39,804 bases of DNA, from the NCBI GenBank assembly GCA_043810925.1, contig JBDRNT010000122.1, positions 1 through 39,804 on the forward strand, in the 5' to 3' direction. Of this stretch, positions 9,626-18,324 are shown one piece after another. The DNA is from Candidatus Eiseniibacteriota bacterium (GTDB lineage Bacteria > Arandabacterota > Arandabacteria > Arandabacterales > Arandabacteraceae). Numbering within the stretch: position 1 is the stretch's first letter; each line of letters begins with the position of its first letter. The position numbers and the translations under genes were made by a program. The notes beneath the pieces were generated by a model. The model was not told the DNA's origin, ran no database searches, and saw only the letters and a program-made list of their open reading frames with translations.

Positions 9626-12616
9626 TCAGACAGGTTTCTCGCGAAGCGCCCCGATCTCCCTGATTCTAACGGTCTTAACACCGAACCTCTCAGAGGTGGT
9701 CCCCGCCACGTGGTAGGCCTTCCCTATCTCGAGGGGGCGCGAAAGCAGATTTCTGGATACGATACACTCATGGAGACCCTCGGGATGGTCCAGGGTGAGG
9801 AAGTAGATGTCCGTGGCGCCGGACTTGTAGTGACGCATGGCCGCCAGCAGGCCGACGGGGCTTCGCCTGAGGCCGCGCCGGGCCTCTACCCGGGTTTGAT
9901 GAGGGCTCCGGGCGGCCACGCTGCCGGAGTGGGTGGCGGTCGGCCCCTCGTCGGGCAGGATAAAGAACTCAAGTGGATGCACAAGGGGCGAGAACCCGAG
10001 TGCGCTGTATTCCATTCGCCGCTCCTGAAGCGGTCTGAAGCGCCGCGTGGGAAGCCTGGTCTCGCAATCCAGGAGGCCCAGCCGTGGCTGGGCATACGTC
10101 GCCGGGTTACCCTTAAGGCTCAAGTATCCGGCAAGGGCCCCGCATCTGTCCGACTCGATCTCATCAAATGCGCCGGAGGCGACAAGACCGGCCACTTCAT
10201 CCTTGCCGGCGGGGACTCTGGCCAGGAAATCGGAGAGCGACCAGAAAGGCTCCAGAGCGCGTTCCTTAAGAATCCGGTCGATCGTGGTCTGTGACAGATG
10301 CCTCACGGAGCCAAAGCCGCTTCTTATAACATCTCCCTCAATTGAGAAATCCGCCCGGGATCTGTTGACGGCCGGCAGGAGAATCTTAACCCCCGCCCTT
10401 CGGGCTTCATTGACATGCGCCCAGGCGGGATACATCCCCGCGTGGTTCCTTAAGGTTGCAGCATAGAATTCGAGTGGATGGTTGGCTTTAAGATAAGCCG
10501 ACGCATAGGAGATCATACCGAAGGATGCCGCATGGGCTTTGCAGAAAGTGTAGGCGGCAAACCTTCGTACATGCTCCCAGACCTTGATGGCGTGCGGGCG
10601 ACTTGTGCCTGCCGTCTCGGCAAGGAACACGAACTTCTCCCTGAGATCGTCCTCGTCTGAGCCGCCATCCTTGAGTTTGCGCCGCAAGAGATCCGCCTCG
10701 GCAAGCCCCATACCGGTGGCCTCGCTTATCATTCGCATCACGTCCTCCTCATAGACGGGAAGCCGGCCTCGGGTTCGCCCGCCGTCCGGGAGAGACCGGC
10801 GCTCTATGAACTTCCCCTTCATCCCCCCTGCCGACGGGCCGGGCCGGACGAGTGCGACCGCCAGTATGGCGTCATCGCGATCCTTCGCTCCGAGCATGGC
10901 AAGCAGGTTCCGCATAGCCGGAGATTCAAGATGAAAGCAACTCATCGTGCGGCCGGCCTTAAGCATACGTGCCGTCGCCGGATCATCGGGATCCACCGCG
11001 GGTGAGTGTCCGGTTCGAGCCGTTACGTCGCGTGTGGCCTCCTCGATCACCGTAAGCGCCCGGTTACCCAGAAGGTCTATCTTGACAAGACCGATCTTTT
11101 CGATGGCATGCATATCAAACTGGGTTACCTGTATCCCCTTTGGAGCGAGCTCAAGTGGTGTGTAGTCCGTGATCGGACGGTCCGATATCACCACACCACC
11201 ACAGTGCACGCTCGAGTGGTGTGGAAATCCCACGATCGACGCCGCCAACTCTGCAATGGCCCTCCGGGGGGCACCTGAGAGCTCGGGCTTGACTTCCCCC
11301 AGCACCCGCTCGAGGACCGCCTGTCTTTCCCTGGTCTCCCTCCAGGGCAAGCGGCTCGAAACGGCCTGGGCTTCGGCGGGTGTGAGACCGAACGTCTTGG
11401 CTACTTCTCTTGCGGCTGACCGCAATTCAAAACACGCATGCGCCAAGATCATGGCCACGTGCGAGGTGCCGAAATGGTCGTAGACATAATCGATCACCTC
11501 GTCGCGCCGCCGCCATGAGAGGTCTATGTCGAGATCAGGGTAGTCCGGCCGGTGCTCGTTTAAGAAGCGTTCGAAGACGAGATCGTGAGCGATCGGATCG
11601 ACCTGGGTTATGTCGAGCAGATAGGCCACAAGCGAACCGGCGCCCGATCCCCTTCCGGATGCGGGTATCGAGTTTAACGCTGCAAAGGCGACGATGTCCC
11701 GGACGACGAGGAAGTAATCGGAAAGCCCCAGTGTCTTGATCACTCGAAGTTCCGCGTCAAGCCTCGTCCTGGCCTGGGCGCGATTGCCGTTGTACTTGCC
11801 CGGCAGCGCCTCACGGCACATCTCGTCAAGCGATGCAAAGGACTCGGCACGCGTGGGTCTTGCATAGGGAAAGTGCGGTGTGCCTATCTCAAGCGTGAGA
11901 TCGACCATACCGGCGAGGTTCCAGGTTTCGCTTCGAAGCTCGGGTCGCTCTGCGAAGAGCCCTTTGAGCTCAAGCGAGTCGTCAAGTGATGCCCGTCGGG
12001 CTTCGAGCTGGACCTCGCTGAAGAGCCCGCCCTGGCCGATGGCGGCGAGCACTCGTGCGATCCGCTCATCCGGCGGCTCTTTAACGAGCACCTCCCACGA
12101 GCCAAGCGCCCGGAGTCCGGCCCCAGCCGCTGCCATCAGGAGTTCCCGCACGGCCGGCCGCGTCAGGCGGTTGGCAACAATCTCGACCCATACCCTCTCC
12201 TTACCCAGTATATCCGCAGCGGCGAGCACGTAGTCCATGTCACCGGAGAGCACCGCGATACCCTCGGGTGAGCGTTCGAGTGCCTCGATGAGTGATGTGC
12301 CCTCAAGCAAGTTAAGATCGGAGATTATACGGCATAAGCCCGCATAGCCCTCACGCGTAAGCGCAATCAGGCCGGCACGCTGCCCGCTCCTGGGGCACGT
12401 GAGTTCCGATCCCAGAATCGGCTTGATGCCTTCCTTAAGACATTGCTCGTGAAACTCGACGGCCCCATAGAGATTGCCCCTATCGACGAGCGCACCGGCC
12501 GCGAAGCCGAGGCGCTTCAGGTGTTGTGGGATATCGCCAACGGGAATCGTTCCCGCAAGGCGGCTGTGTCTACTTCGTAAGCGAAGGGGTACGAAGGATG
12601 AATCCATAGCTGTCAC
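9626..12616 (-). CDS. dnaE2: Error-prone DNA polymerase III alpha subunit (DnaE2-type)
   Basis: GRGSGAGS, FERFL, PDLDID, GLVKIDLLG, FCKAHAAS motifs; degenerate PHP domain; located in a lexA cassette. Confidence 0.88.
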   Translation of the reverse strand: MTAMDSSFVPLRLRSRHSRLAGTIPVGDIPQHLKRLGFAAGALVDRGNLYGAVEFHEQCLKEGIKPILGSELTCPRSGQRAGLIALTREGYAGLCRIISDLNLLEGTSLIEALERSPEGIAVLSGDMDYVLAAADILGKERVWVEIVANRLTRPAVRELLMAAAGAGLRALGSWEVLVKEPPDERIARVLAAIGQGGLFSEVQLEARRASLDDSLELKGLFAERPELRSETWNLAGMVDLTLEIGTPHFPYARPTRAESFASLDEMCREALPGKYNGNRAQARTRLDAELRVIKTLGLSDYFLVVRDIVAFAALNSIPASGRGSGAGSLVAYLLDITQVDPIAHDLVFERFLNEHRPDYPDLDIDLSWRRRDEVIDYVYDHFGTSHVAMILAHACFELRSAAREVAKTFGLTPAEAQAVSSRLPWRETRERQAVLERVLGEVKPELSGAPRRAIAELAASIVGFPHHSSVHCGGVVISDRPITDYTPLELAPKGIQVTQFDMHAIEKIGLVKIDLLGNRALTVIEEATRDVTARTGHSPAVDPDDPATARMLKAGRTMSCFHLESPAMRNLLAMLGAKDRDDAILAVALVRPGPSAGGMKGKFIERRSLPDGGRTRGRLPVYEEDVMRMISEATGMGLAEADLLRRKLKDGGSDEDDLREKFVFLAETAGTSRPHAIKVWEHVRRFAAYTFCKAHAASFGMISYASAYLKANHPLEFYAATLRNHAGMYPAWAHVNEARRAGVKILLPAVNRSRADFSIEGDVIRSGFGSVRHLSQTTIDRILKERALEPFWSLSDFLARVPAGKDEVAGLVASGAFDEIESDRCGALAGYLSLKGNPATYAQPRLGLLDCETRLPTRRFRPLQERRMEYSALGFSPLVHPLEFFILPDEGPTATHSGSVAARSPHQTRVEARRGLRRSPVGLLAAMRHYKSGATDIYFLTLDHPEGLHECIVSRNLLSRPLEIGKAYHVAGTTSERFGVKTVRIREIGALREKPV

Positions 12617-13790
12617 GCTCGAGACGGTTGATGAGGTTGATTGATCTGCCGGCTATAACCGATGAGTGGCCGAAACGCGCCCTGATGCCATCGAGTGTTT
12701 CATAGAAGTCACCGAGTCTCTCTGCGGCAGGTTCGTCGTAGAGTACCTGCTGGATATCCCGTGCCGGGAAAAGCCCGGTGAGCACCACGCCGACAAGGTG
12801 GAGCCTGTGGCGCCGGTACATCGCCGTGATGAGATCTCTGGCTATCTTAAAGACCGTGGCATCGAGTACGCCGGCCGCAGCGAGGGTACGGGATGCGGTC
12901 TCTGAAGCCCCGTCACCGTAGCGCAGTTTCACCCGGACTTGCCGGGGGATGAGCCCGAGACCGCGAGTGGAGCGGCAGGCGCGTTCGGTAAGGTAGTAAA
13001 GCACGCTCAGGATCTCGTCCATGTCCACCGTGTCCCTGGGGAAGCTCGTCTCCCTCGAGACCGACCGCGGCAGGAGCGCCGGGACATAGGGGTCACGCCC
13101 GCGGAGACGCTCATGGATGAGAAACGCGGTCTTCCCGAAGATCGGCTTCAGGTAGGTGATCGGGAAGCGCTTAAGATGGCTTACGCGTGTCACATTGATC
13201 TGCTTTAAGATCTCGGTCATCTTTCTCCCGATACCGGGCACGTCGCGTATGGCTCGCTTGCTCATGAAACTCTCTTCATCCCCGGCCCTGACGATGGCGA
13301 TTCCATCGGGCTTCACGTCCTTGGCCGCCAGTTTGGCAAGCATCCTGTTGGGTGCGAAACCGACTGTCACGGTGAGCCCTGTATCGCGCGTGATGGCGGC
13401 CTTGAGATTTCGGCCGAGCACGCTGAGGTCGTGGTGTGAGGCGCTTGTGCCCGTAAGGTCACAGAATGCCTCATCAAGATACGCCTCAACGAGCGGGGTG
13501 AGCCTCCTGCAATGATCGAAGATGTGCTGGGCAAATGAGCTATAGGTGTGCTGATGACCCTTGAGCACAACCACATGAGGACACATCTTAAGAGCACGGC
13601 TTATGGGGGTGCCCGCCGAAATGCCATATCGTCTTGCTTCGTATGAGGAGCTTGCCACAACACCCGAACCCACTATCACGGGCTTTCCCCGGAGGCTGGG
13701 GAACTTGGATTGTTCGACGGATGGGAAGAAAGCGTCTATGTCGAGATACATCATGAGACGCCGGGTATCGGGATCGCTGGCGCCCTTCAT
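12570..13790 (-). CDS. dinB: Y-family DNA polymerase (DinB/Pol IV-like) with C-terminal RecA-NT-like motif
   Basis: LDIDAFFPSVE, SYEARRYG, LDEAFCD, AKLAA...KPDG motifs. Confidence 0.9.
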   Translation of the reverse strand: MKGASDPDTRRLMMYLDIDAFFPSVEQSKFPSLRGKPVIVGSGVVASSSYEARRYGISAGTPISRALKMCPHVVVLKGHQHTYSSFAQHIFDHCRRLTPLVEAYLDEAFCDLTGTSASHHDLSVLGRNLKAAITRDTGLTVTVGFAPNRMLAKLAAKDVKPDGIAIVRAGDEESFMSKRAIRDVPGIGRKMTEILKQINVTRVSHLKRFPITYLKPIFGKTAFLIHERLRGRDPYVPALLPRSVSRETSFPRDTVDMDEILSVLYYLTERACRSTRGLGLIPRQVRVKLRYGDGASETASRTLAAAGVLDATVFKIARDLITAMYRRHRLHLVGVVLTGLFPARDIQQVLYDEPAAERLGDFYETLDGIRARFGHSSVIAGRSINLINRLERDSYGFILRTPSLTK

Positions 13791-14041
13791 GATTCCACCA
13801 TCACAAGATCGAGATGCCAGGTCATGTCACCTGTGTTGAGATGTATCTGGTATACGTCTCCTGAATCCGACGTGACCGAGAAGTAATAGATCTTTGCGGT
13901 ACCCTCGCGATCCATCCACCGGCAGTTCACCTTCACCACCCTGTGTATCTGGCGACGCCGCATAAAAACGAGAGGCTTGATGGTACCACCCCCGAAGTCA
14001 GCCCTTACCTTTATCTTCTCATCAAGCCTCTCGACCAGCAT
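13787..14041 (-). CDS. Small DUF6504/ImuB-C-like protein in SOS cassette
   Basis: 84 aa; W.D..G...YYFSV...GDVYQI.....TWHL pattern; ATGA-coupled to the PolY gene. Confidence 0.65.
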   Translation of the reverse strand: MLVERLDEKIKVRADFGGGTIKPLVFMRRRQIHRVVKVNCRWMDREGTAKIYYFSVTSDSGDVYQIHLNTGDMTWHLDLVMVES

Positions 14042-14048
14042 ACCTGTC

Positions 14049-14651
14049 TCATCTCACTCTTCTCACAAGTCCGACCACCTTACCGGCGATACGCAACTGA
14101 TCACGTTTGGGATTTACCTTTATGGACTTGTAGGATGCATTCCTCGGTTCAAGCTCTACTACCCTGCCTCGCTTTCGCATGATCTTGACGGTTGCCTCCT
14201 CATCTCCTATGTAAGCGACAACCATCTCCCCGCTCTGGGCATCTTCCTGCTGTCGTACGATCACATAGTCACCATCGAAAATACCCGCGTCCTTCATGCT
14301 GTCGCCAGTTACCTTCACAGCGAAGTGGGCTGCGTCATCGTAAAAGAGCGAGTCCACATTGAGATAACCTTCCAGGTTTTCGATTGCAGTTATCGGTAGC
14401 CCCGCTGCGACACTTCCCACGATGGGTACACCCCGGATGGGTCTGTTCTCGCGAGACAACATCAGTTTGTTTCCGATTTTTGTCAGAAAGCCCTTCCTGA
14501 GGAGGGCATCAAGATGCTGGCTTACGGTTGCAGACGAACTCAGGCGGAACCTTCTGCCGATGTCCCTGTATGATGGGAATCTGTCGGTGCTCTTTATCGA
14601 AGCGATTATGTAGTCGAGGATTTCCCTCTGTCTTTGAGTCAACGATCTCAT
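14049..14651 (-). CDS. lexA: SOS repressor LexA
   Basis: LTQRQ.EIL, PSYRDI, VAAG cleavage site, GDSM (Ser), ATVK (Lys). Confidence 0.96.
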   Translation of the reverse strand: MRSLTQRQREILDYIIASIKSTDRFPSYRDIGRRFRLSSSATVSQHLDALLRKGFLTKIGNKLMLSRENRPIRGVPIVGSVAAGLPITAIENLEGYLNVDSLFYDDAAHFAVKVTGDSMKDAGIFDGDYVIVRQQEDAQSGEMVVAYIGDEEATVKIMRKRGRVVELEPRNASYKSIKVNPKRDQLRIAGKVVGLVRRVR

Positions 14652-14667
14652 TCTGTCACCCTATATC

Positions 14668-14696
14668 AAGATACCAAACAATTGTTCGGTAGTCAA
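14668..14696 (-). promoter_or_regulatory. lexA promoter with SOS box in the spacer
   Basis: TTGACT-N17-TATCTT overlapping the near-perfect palindrome TACCGAACAATTGTTTGGTA (14672-14691; GAAC-N4-GTTY). Confidence 0.85.
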
Positions 14697-14754
14697 GCTA
14701 TTTTTATACTTGGGGTCAAAAATGGAGATTACTGCGAAAACAGCTCAGATCAGG

Positions 14755-15435
14755 CTAAAATCCGCCAGCGATTGCAAGGCTGCTTACTACCCAGCAGCAC
14801 GCTATGACGAGCACTGAGGCCGTATAGTAGAATACGGGTCTTCTGATACGGAAAGCGGCTATACCGTCCCTCACGCGCTCACCCAGACGGTATCCGGCCG
14901 GGAAGAACAAGCTACCCAGGGCCGCCCAGATAAGACCCTCGGCAATCATGAAGGATACGAAGCCGCCGGCGCGATTGAAGGATAGAAGATACCGGCACGG
15001 CGCCACACGCATACCGATGAAGTAGAAACTGCTTGCGGCCAGGAGCCCTGCCGAGAAACCGGTCACGACACGCGGCAGAGTACCACGTTGGAGCCTCCGG
15101 CCTGCTATTGCCACGCATCCGGCAAGGGTGGTCCCTCCCAGCATGACGGCGAGGCAGGAGTTGGCTTTGCAGAAGGTCGATAGATGTAAGATCGGTATTG
15201 CAGTTTGTCTCACCGCAATGGCTATCGCCGCGATTCCAATGAGCATCAGGGGCTTTCTAAATGCGGCCACCGCCACGGCCATTATGCCGATCCCCAGACC
15301 GGTGAGAATGTCACCCTTGTATGGAATCGAAGCCGCCTTCATACCGCCACCCACAACGACCTCTAAGAAACCCCAGATCGAACCGAGTACGAGGAGTCCG
15401 ATCAGAATATCTCGCTTTGTGTTCTTGCGCGTCAT
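14755..15435 (-). CDS. Hypothetical integral membrane protein (6-7 TM; ECF S-component-like size)
   Basis: Multiple hydrophobic helices; SD GGAG; own promoter. Confidence 0.65.
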   Translation of the reverse strand: MTRKNTKRDILIGLLVLGSIWGFLEVVVGGGMKAASIPYKGDILTGLGIGIMAVAVAAFRKPLMLIGIAAIAIAVRQTAIPILHLSTFCKANSCLAVMLGGTTLAGCVAIAGRRLQRGTLPRVVTGFSAGLLAASSFYFIGMRVAPCRYLLSFNRAGGFVSFMIAEGLIWAALGSLFFPAGYRLGERVRDGIAAFRIRRPVFYYTASVLVIACCWVVSSLAIAGGF

Positions 15436-15479
15436 CTCTCCTGCCCTCCCTGACTGATTGGACCTTATGATACCGACTG

Positions 15480-15508
15480 ATTCTACAAGATGCCGACTGC
15501 CCTGTCAA
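15480..15508 (-). promoter_or_regulatory. sigma70 promoter of membrane-protein gene
   Basis: TTGACA-N17-TAGAAT. Confidence 0.75.
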
Positions 15509-15509
15509 T

Positions 15510-15694
15510 GGGGTCAGGCTTTGAAATCTGGAATTCCGACATCAAACCCGTCGGGCTCGGAAACCCAACCTCACATAACTTGCGACTGGCGGGGCCTTTC
15601 GGGACGCAGGCAAGTGCCTCATTCTGAGCAAGCGGACCGAAAAGCGTGCCGGTTGCGCGAACTCCCGTAACGCTTAATTTCAAGACCTGACCCC
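15510..15694. repeat. 185-bp element bounded by 18-bp inverted repeats (REP/MITE-like)
   Basis: GGGGTCAGGCTTTGAAAT (15510-15527) versus ATTTCAAGACCTGACCCC (15677-15694); 16/18 match as inverted repeats. Confidence 0.65.
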
Positions 15695-16621
15695 GAGGAA
15701 TTCCTGGGTTATTTCTGAGGCGATATTGGCGGAGTCGCGGCGGCCGGTTATGTCAATCCAGGTGATGTCCTTGTCCTTCCTGAACCAGGTCCCCTGGCGT
15801 TTGGCGAAGTGCCGGGTGTTCCGTTTAATGAGCCGGACGGCCTCCGCAAGCGAGCGATCACCCTCAAGATGCTCGATAAGCTCCCTGTAGCCGAGACTGC
15901 TCCTCACAGCCGGAGAGTCACGGTACCCGTTGGCTATCAGGCCTTTGACCTCATCAAGAAACCCGAGTTCCATCATGCGGTCGACCCTGTCGTCGACGAT
16001 CCGGTAAAGCTCAATAGTCGATCTTGTGAGCCCGAACCTGGTTGATGGAACCTCGAACGGCCTGGCACCCTTCTCCAGTTCACTCATGGGTCTTCCGGTG
16101 AGTTCATAAACCTCAAGAGCCCTCACCAGCCTGATCGTGTTGGACGGTCCGATCTGTCCGGCCTTCTCGGGGTCGACCGCGGTGAGTTTCTTCCAAAGAG
16201 CAGTGCTTCCCTTCTTTTCGGCCTCATCCATCAGCCGTTTCCTGAGCGCCGTGTCTCTTCCCGGACCGTCGAAGACTCCGTCGGTCAACGCCTTTACATA
16301 AAGCCCGGAACCACCCACCACTATAGGGGTTTTCCCACGCCGGAGAACGTCACGTACGGTCTCCCTTGCCTCCTCTTCAAAGCGTTTGCTCGTATACTCC
16401 TCGTCGGGATCGACGAGATCGATCATGTGGTGCGCAACGCCCTGTCTCGTCTCTCTGTCGGGCTTTGCGGTGCCGATATTCATCAAGCGGTAGACGAGAC
16501 GTGAGTCCGCGGAGACGACCTCGCCGGACAGATTCCGGGCAAGGTGGATGCTGATATCGGTCTTTCCGACTCCGGTGGGTCCTGCGAGGATAAGCAGTCT
16601 CTTAGGCTCCTCGTTTTTCAC
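15680..16621 (-). CDS. miaA: tRNA dimethylallyltransferase
   Basis: GPTGVGKT, DSRLVY..MNIGTAKP, VGGSGLY, TRHFAKRQ.TWF; GTG start overlaps the mutL stop. Confidence 0.95.
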   Translation of the reverse strand: MKNEEPKRLLILAGPTGVGKTDISIHLARNLSGEVVSADSRLVYRLMNIGTAKPDRETRQGVAHHMIDLVDPDEEYTSKRFEEEARETVRDVLRRGKTPIVVGGSGLYVKALTDGVFDGPGRDTALRKRLMDEAEKKGSTALWKKLTAVDPEKAGQIGPSNTIRLVRALEVYELTGRPMSELEKGARPFEVPSTRFGLTRSTIELYRIVDDRVDRMMELGFLDEVKGLIANGYRDSPAVRSSLGYRELIEHLEGDRSLAEAVRLIKRNTRHFAKRQGTWFRKDKDITWIDITGRRDSANIASEITQEFLGVRS

Positions 16622-18324
16622 CTTCTCAAGAACCTTCGCTCTATCTCGTCCCAGGAAAGCCGTATCATTGTGGGCCTGCCGTGGGGGCATGCAAACGGCA
16701 TGCGGGATTTGAAAAGCCGCTCAAGCAGGGTCTCTATTTCTTCACCGGACATTTTGTCCCCGGCCTTGATCGCGGCCTTGCAGGCAAAGGCGGCCGCCAG
16801 CAGATGCTGGATATCGGCTGACTGCGATCTTGTCTCAATCACCTCATCGACCACGTCGGTGAGGATGGCCTTCCGCATCGCCTCTTTGATGTGCGCAGGC
16901 ACGGCTTCGACGACAAATGTCCGTTTGCCGAATTTCCTCAAGTCGAAACCCATCTTCCGGAGCCGGTCAAGATGCTCTTCTATCACATCCTCTTCCTCGG
17001 GTGTGACCTCGATCTTCTCGGGAAACAGGAGTTTCTGGACCACCGGATCCGTACCCTCAAGATGGCTCCTTGCCTCTTCATAGAGCACACGCTCATGCGC
17101 GGCGTGCTGGTCGATCAGATAGAACTCGGCATCCGACTCGGCCAGTATGTAGGATCTCTTGATCTGGACAATCGGGTGAACGCCCGCTTCAGGCTCGGCA
17201 GTCGTGATCCTGTATGACGGGCTCGGTTCCGATACGAGTATGTCCTTCTTGCCGAGAAGCTGCATCGGTGGGGTTGCCGCAGGGAAATCCCGTCTCTCTC
17301 CCGCAGGCGGGCGCGCAATCAGCGGTGGGATCATCCTGCGCGTAGTCAGCGCGCTCTGCACGGCCCGCCAGACAAAGTTTCTGACATCCTTCTCACGCCG
17401 GAACCTTATCTGTCGCTTGGTCGGGTGCACGTTGAAATCGACCTCGGCGGGGCTTATATCGATAAGTATGACGCCTGTGGGGTAGCGGTTCCTGCGAAGC
17501 GTGTTACCATAGGCACCGCAGATGGCCCCGAGCATCAATTTGCTTTCAACCGGCCGCCCGTTTATGAAGATCGATATATACCCGCTGGAACTCCGGGCCT
17601 CCTCGGGTCTTGAAAGGAAGCCACAGAGCTGGATGTATTCATCCGACACGTTGACCGGTATGGAATTCTCACCGAAACTCCTGCCCAGGATACCGCCGAT
17701 CCTGTCTTCGATGTTGTCGACACCGGGGAGACTCAGGATCACTCTCCGGTCACGTATGAGTTTCATGGTTATCCGGTACTGGCTTATGGAATGTGTCGCA
17801 AAGGTCTTGGTGATGTGACGGATCTCGGTCGCACGTGACTTGAGAAACTTGGCCCTTGCCGGTGCGTTGAAGAAGAGATTCATCACCTTTATCGTGGTAC
17901 CCACAGGTGCCGATATCTTTTCCGTCTTCTGAATCTCGCCGCCTATCAGCACAAGCCGTGTCGCAAGCTCCTCCCCCTCCTGGCGTGTGACTATCTCGAT
18001 TTCCGATACGCTGGCAATGCTTGCGAGCGCCTCACCTCTGAAGCCCATTGTCCTTATGCTATCGATGTCCTCCACCGTATCGATCTTGCTCGTGGCATGC
18101 CGCTCAAAAGCAATCGATGCATCCTCCTCGCCCATCCCCATCCCGTCATCCGTAACCTTTATGAGTTCGCGGCCGTCTCCCTTGGTCTCCACGGTGATCT
18201 GGGCGGCCCCCGCGTCCATTGAGTTTTCGATCAGTTCCTTGACAACCGATGACGGTCGATCGACGACCTCACCGGCAGCGATCATGTTGACGATCTTCTG
18301 GGATAGAATCTTAATCCTCGCCAT
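16618..18324 (-). CDS. mutL: DNA mismatch repair endonuclease MutL
   Basis: IAAGEVV, GFRGEALASI, DQHAAHER, CPHGRP; start MARIKIL. Confidence 0.97.
   Translation of the reverse strand: MARIKILSQKIVNMIAAGEVVDRPSSVVKELIENSMDAGAAQITVETKGDGRELIKVTDDGMGMGEEDASIAFERHATSKIDTVEDIDSIRTMGFRGEALASIASVSEIEIVTRQEGEELATRLVLIGGEIQKTEKISAPVGTTIKVMNLFFNAPARAKFLKSRATEIRHITKTFATHSISQYRITMKLIRDRRVILSLPGVDNIEDRIGGILGRSFGENSIPVNVSDEYIQLCGFLSRPEEARSSSGYISIFINGRPVESKLMLGAICGAYGNTLRRNRYPTGVILIDISPAEVDFNVHPTKRQIRFRREKDVRNFVWRAVQSALTTRRMIPPLIARPPAGERRDFPAATPPMQLLGKKDILVSEPSPSYRITTAEPEAGVHPIVQIKRSYILAESDAEFYLIDQHAAHERVLYEEARSHLEGTDPVVQKLLFPEKIEVTPEEEDVIEEHLDRLRKMGFDLRKFGKRTFVVEAVPAHIKEAMRKAILTDVVDEVIETRSQSADIQHLLAAAFACKAAIKAGDKMSGEEIETLLERLFKSRMPFACPHGRPTMIRLSWDEIERRFLRR

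Noticed and set aside
15436-15680. Cobalamin riboswitch upstream of the membrane protein
   Set aside because: No B12-box motifs, and the gene's promoter lies downstream of the structured region.
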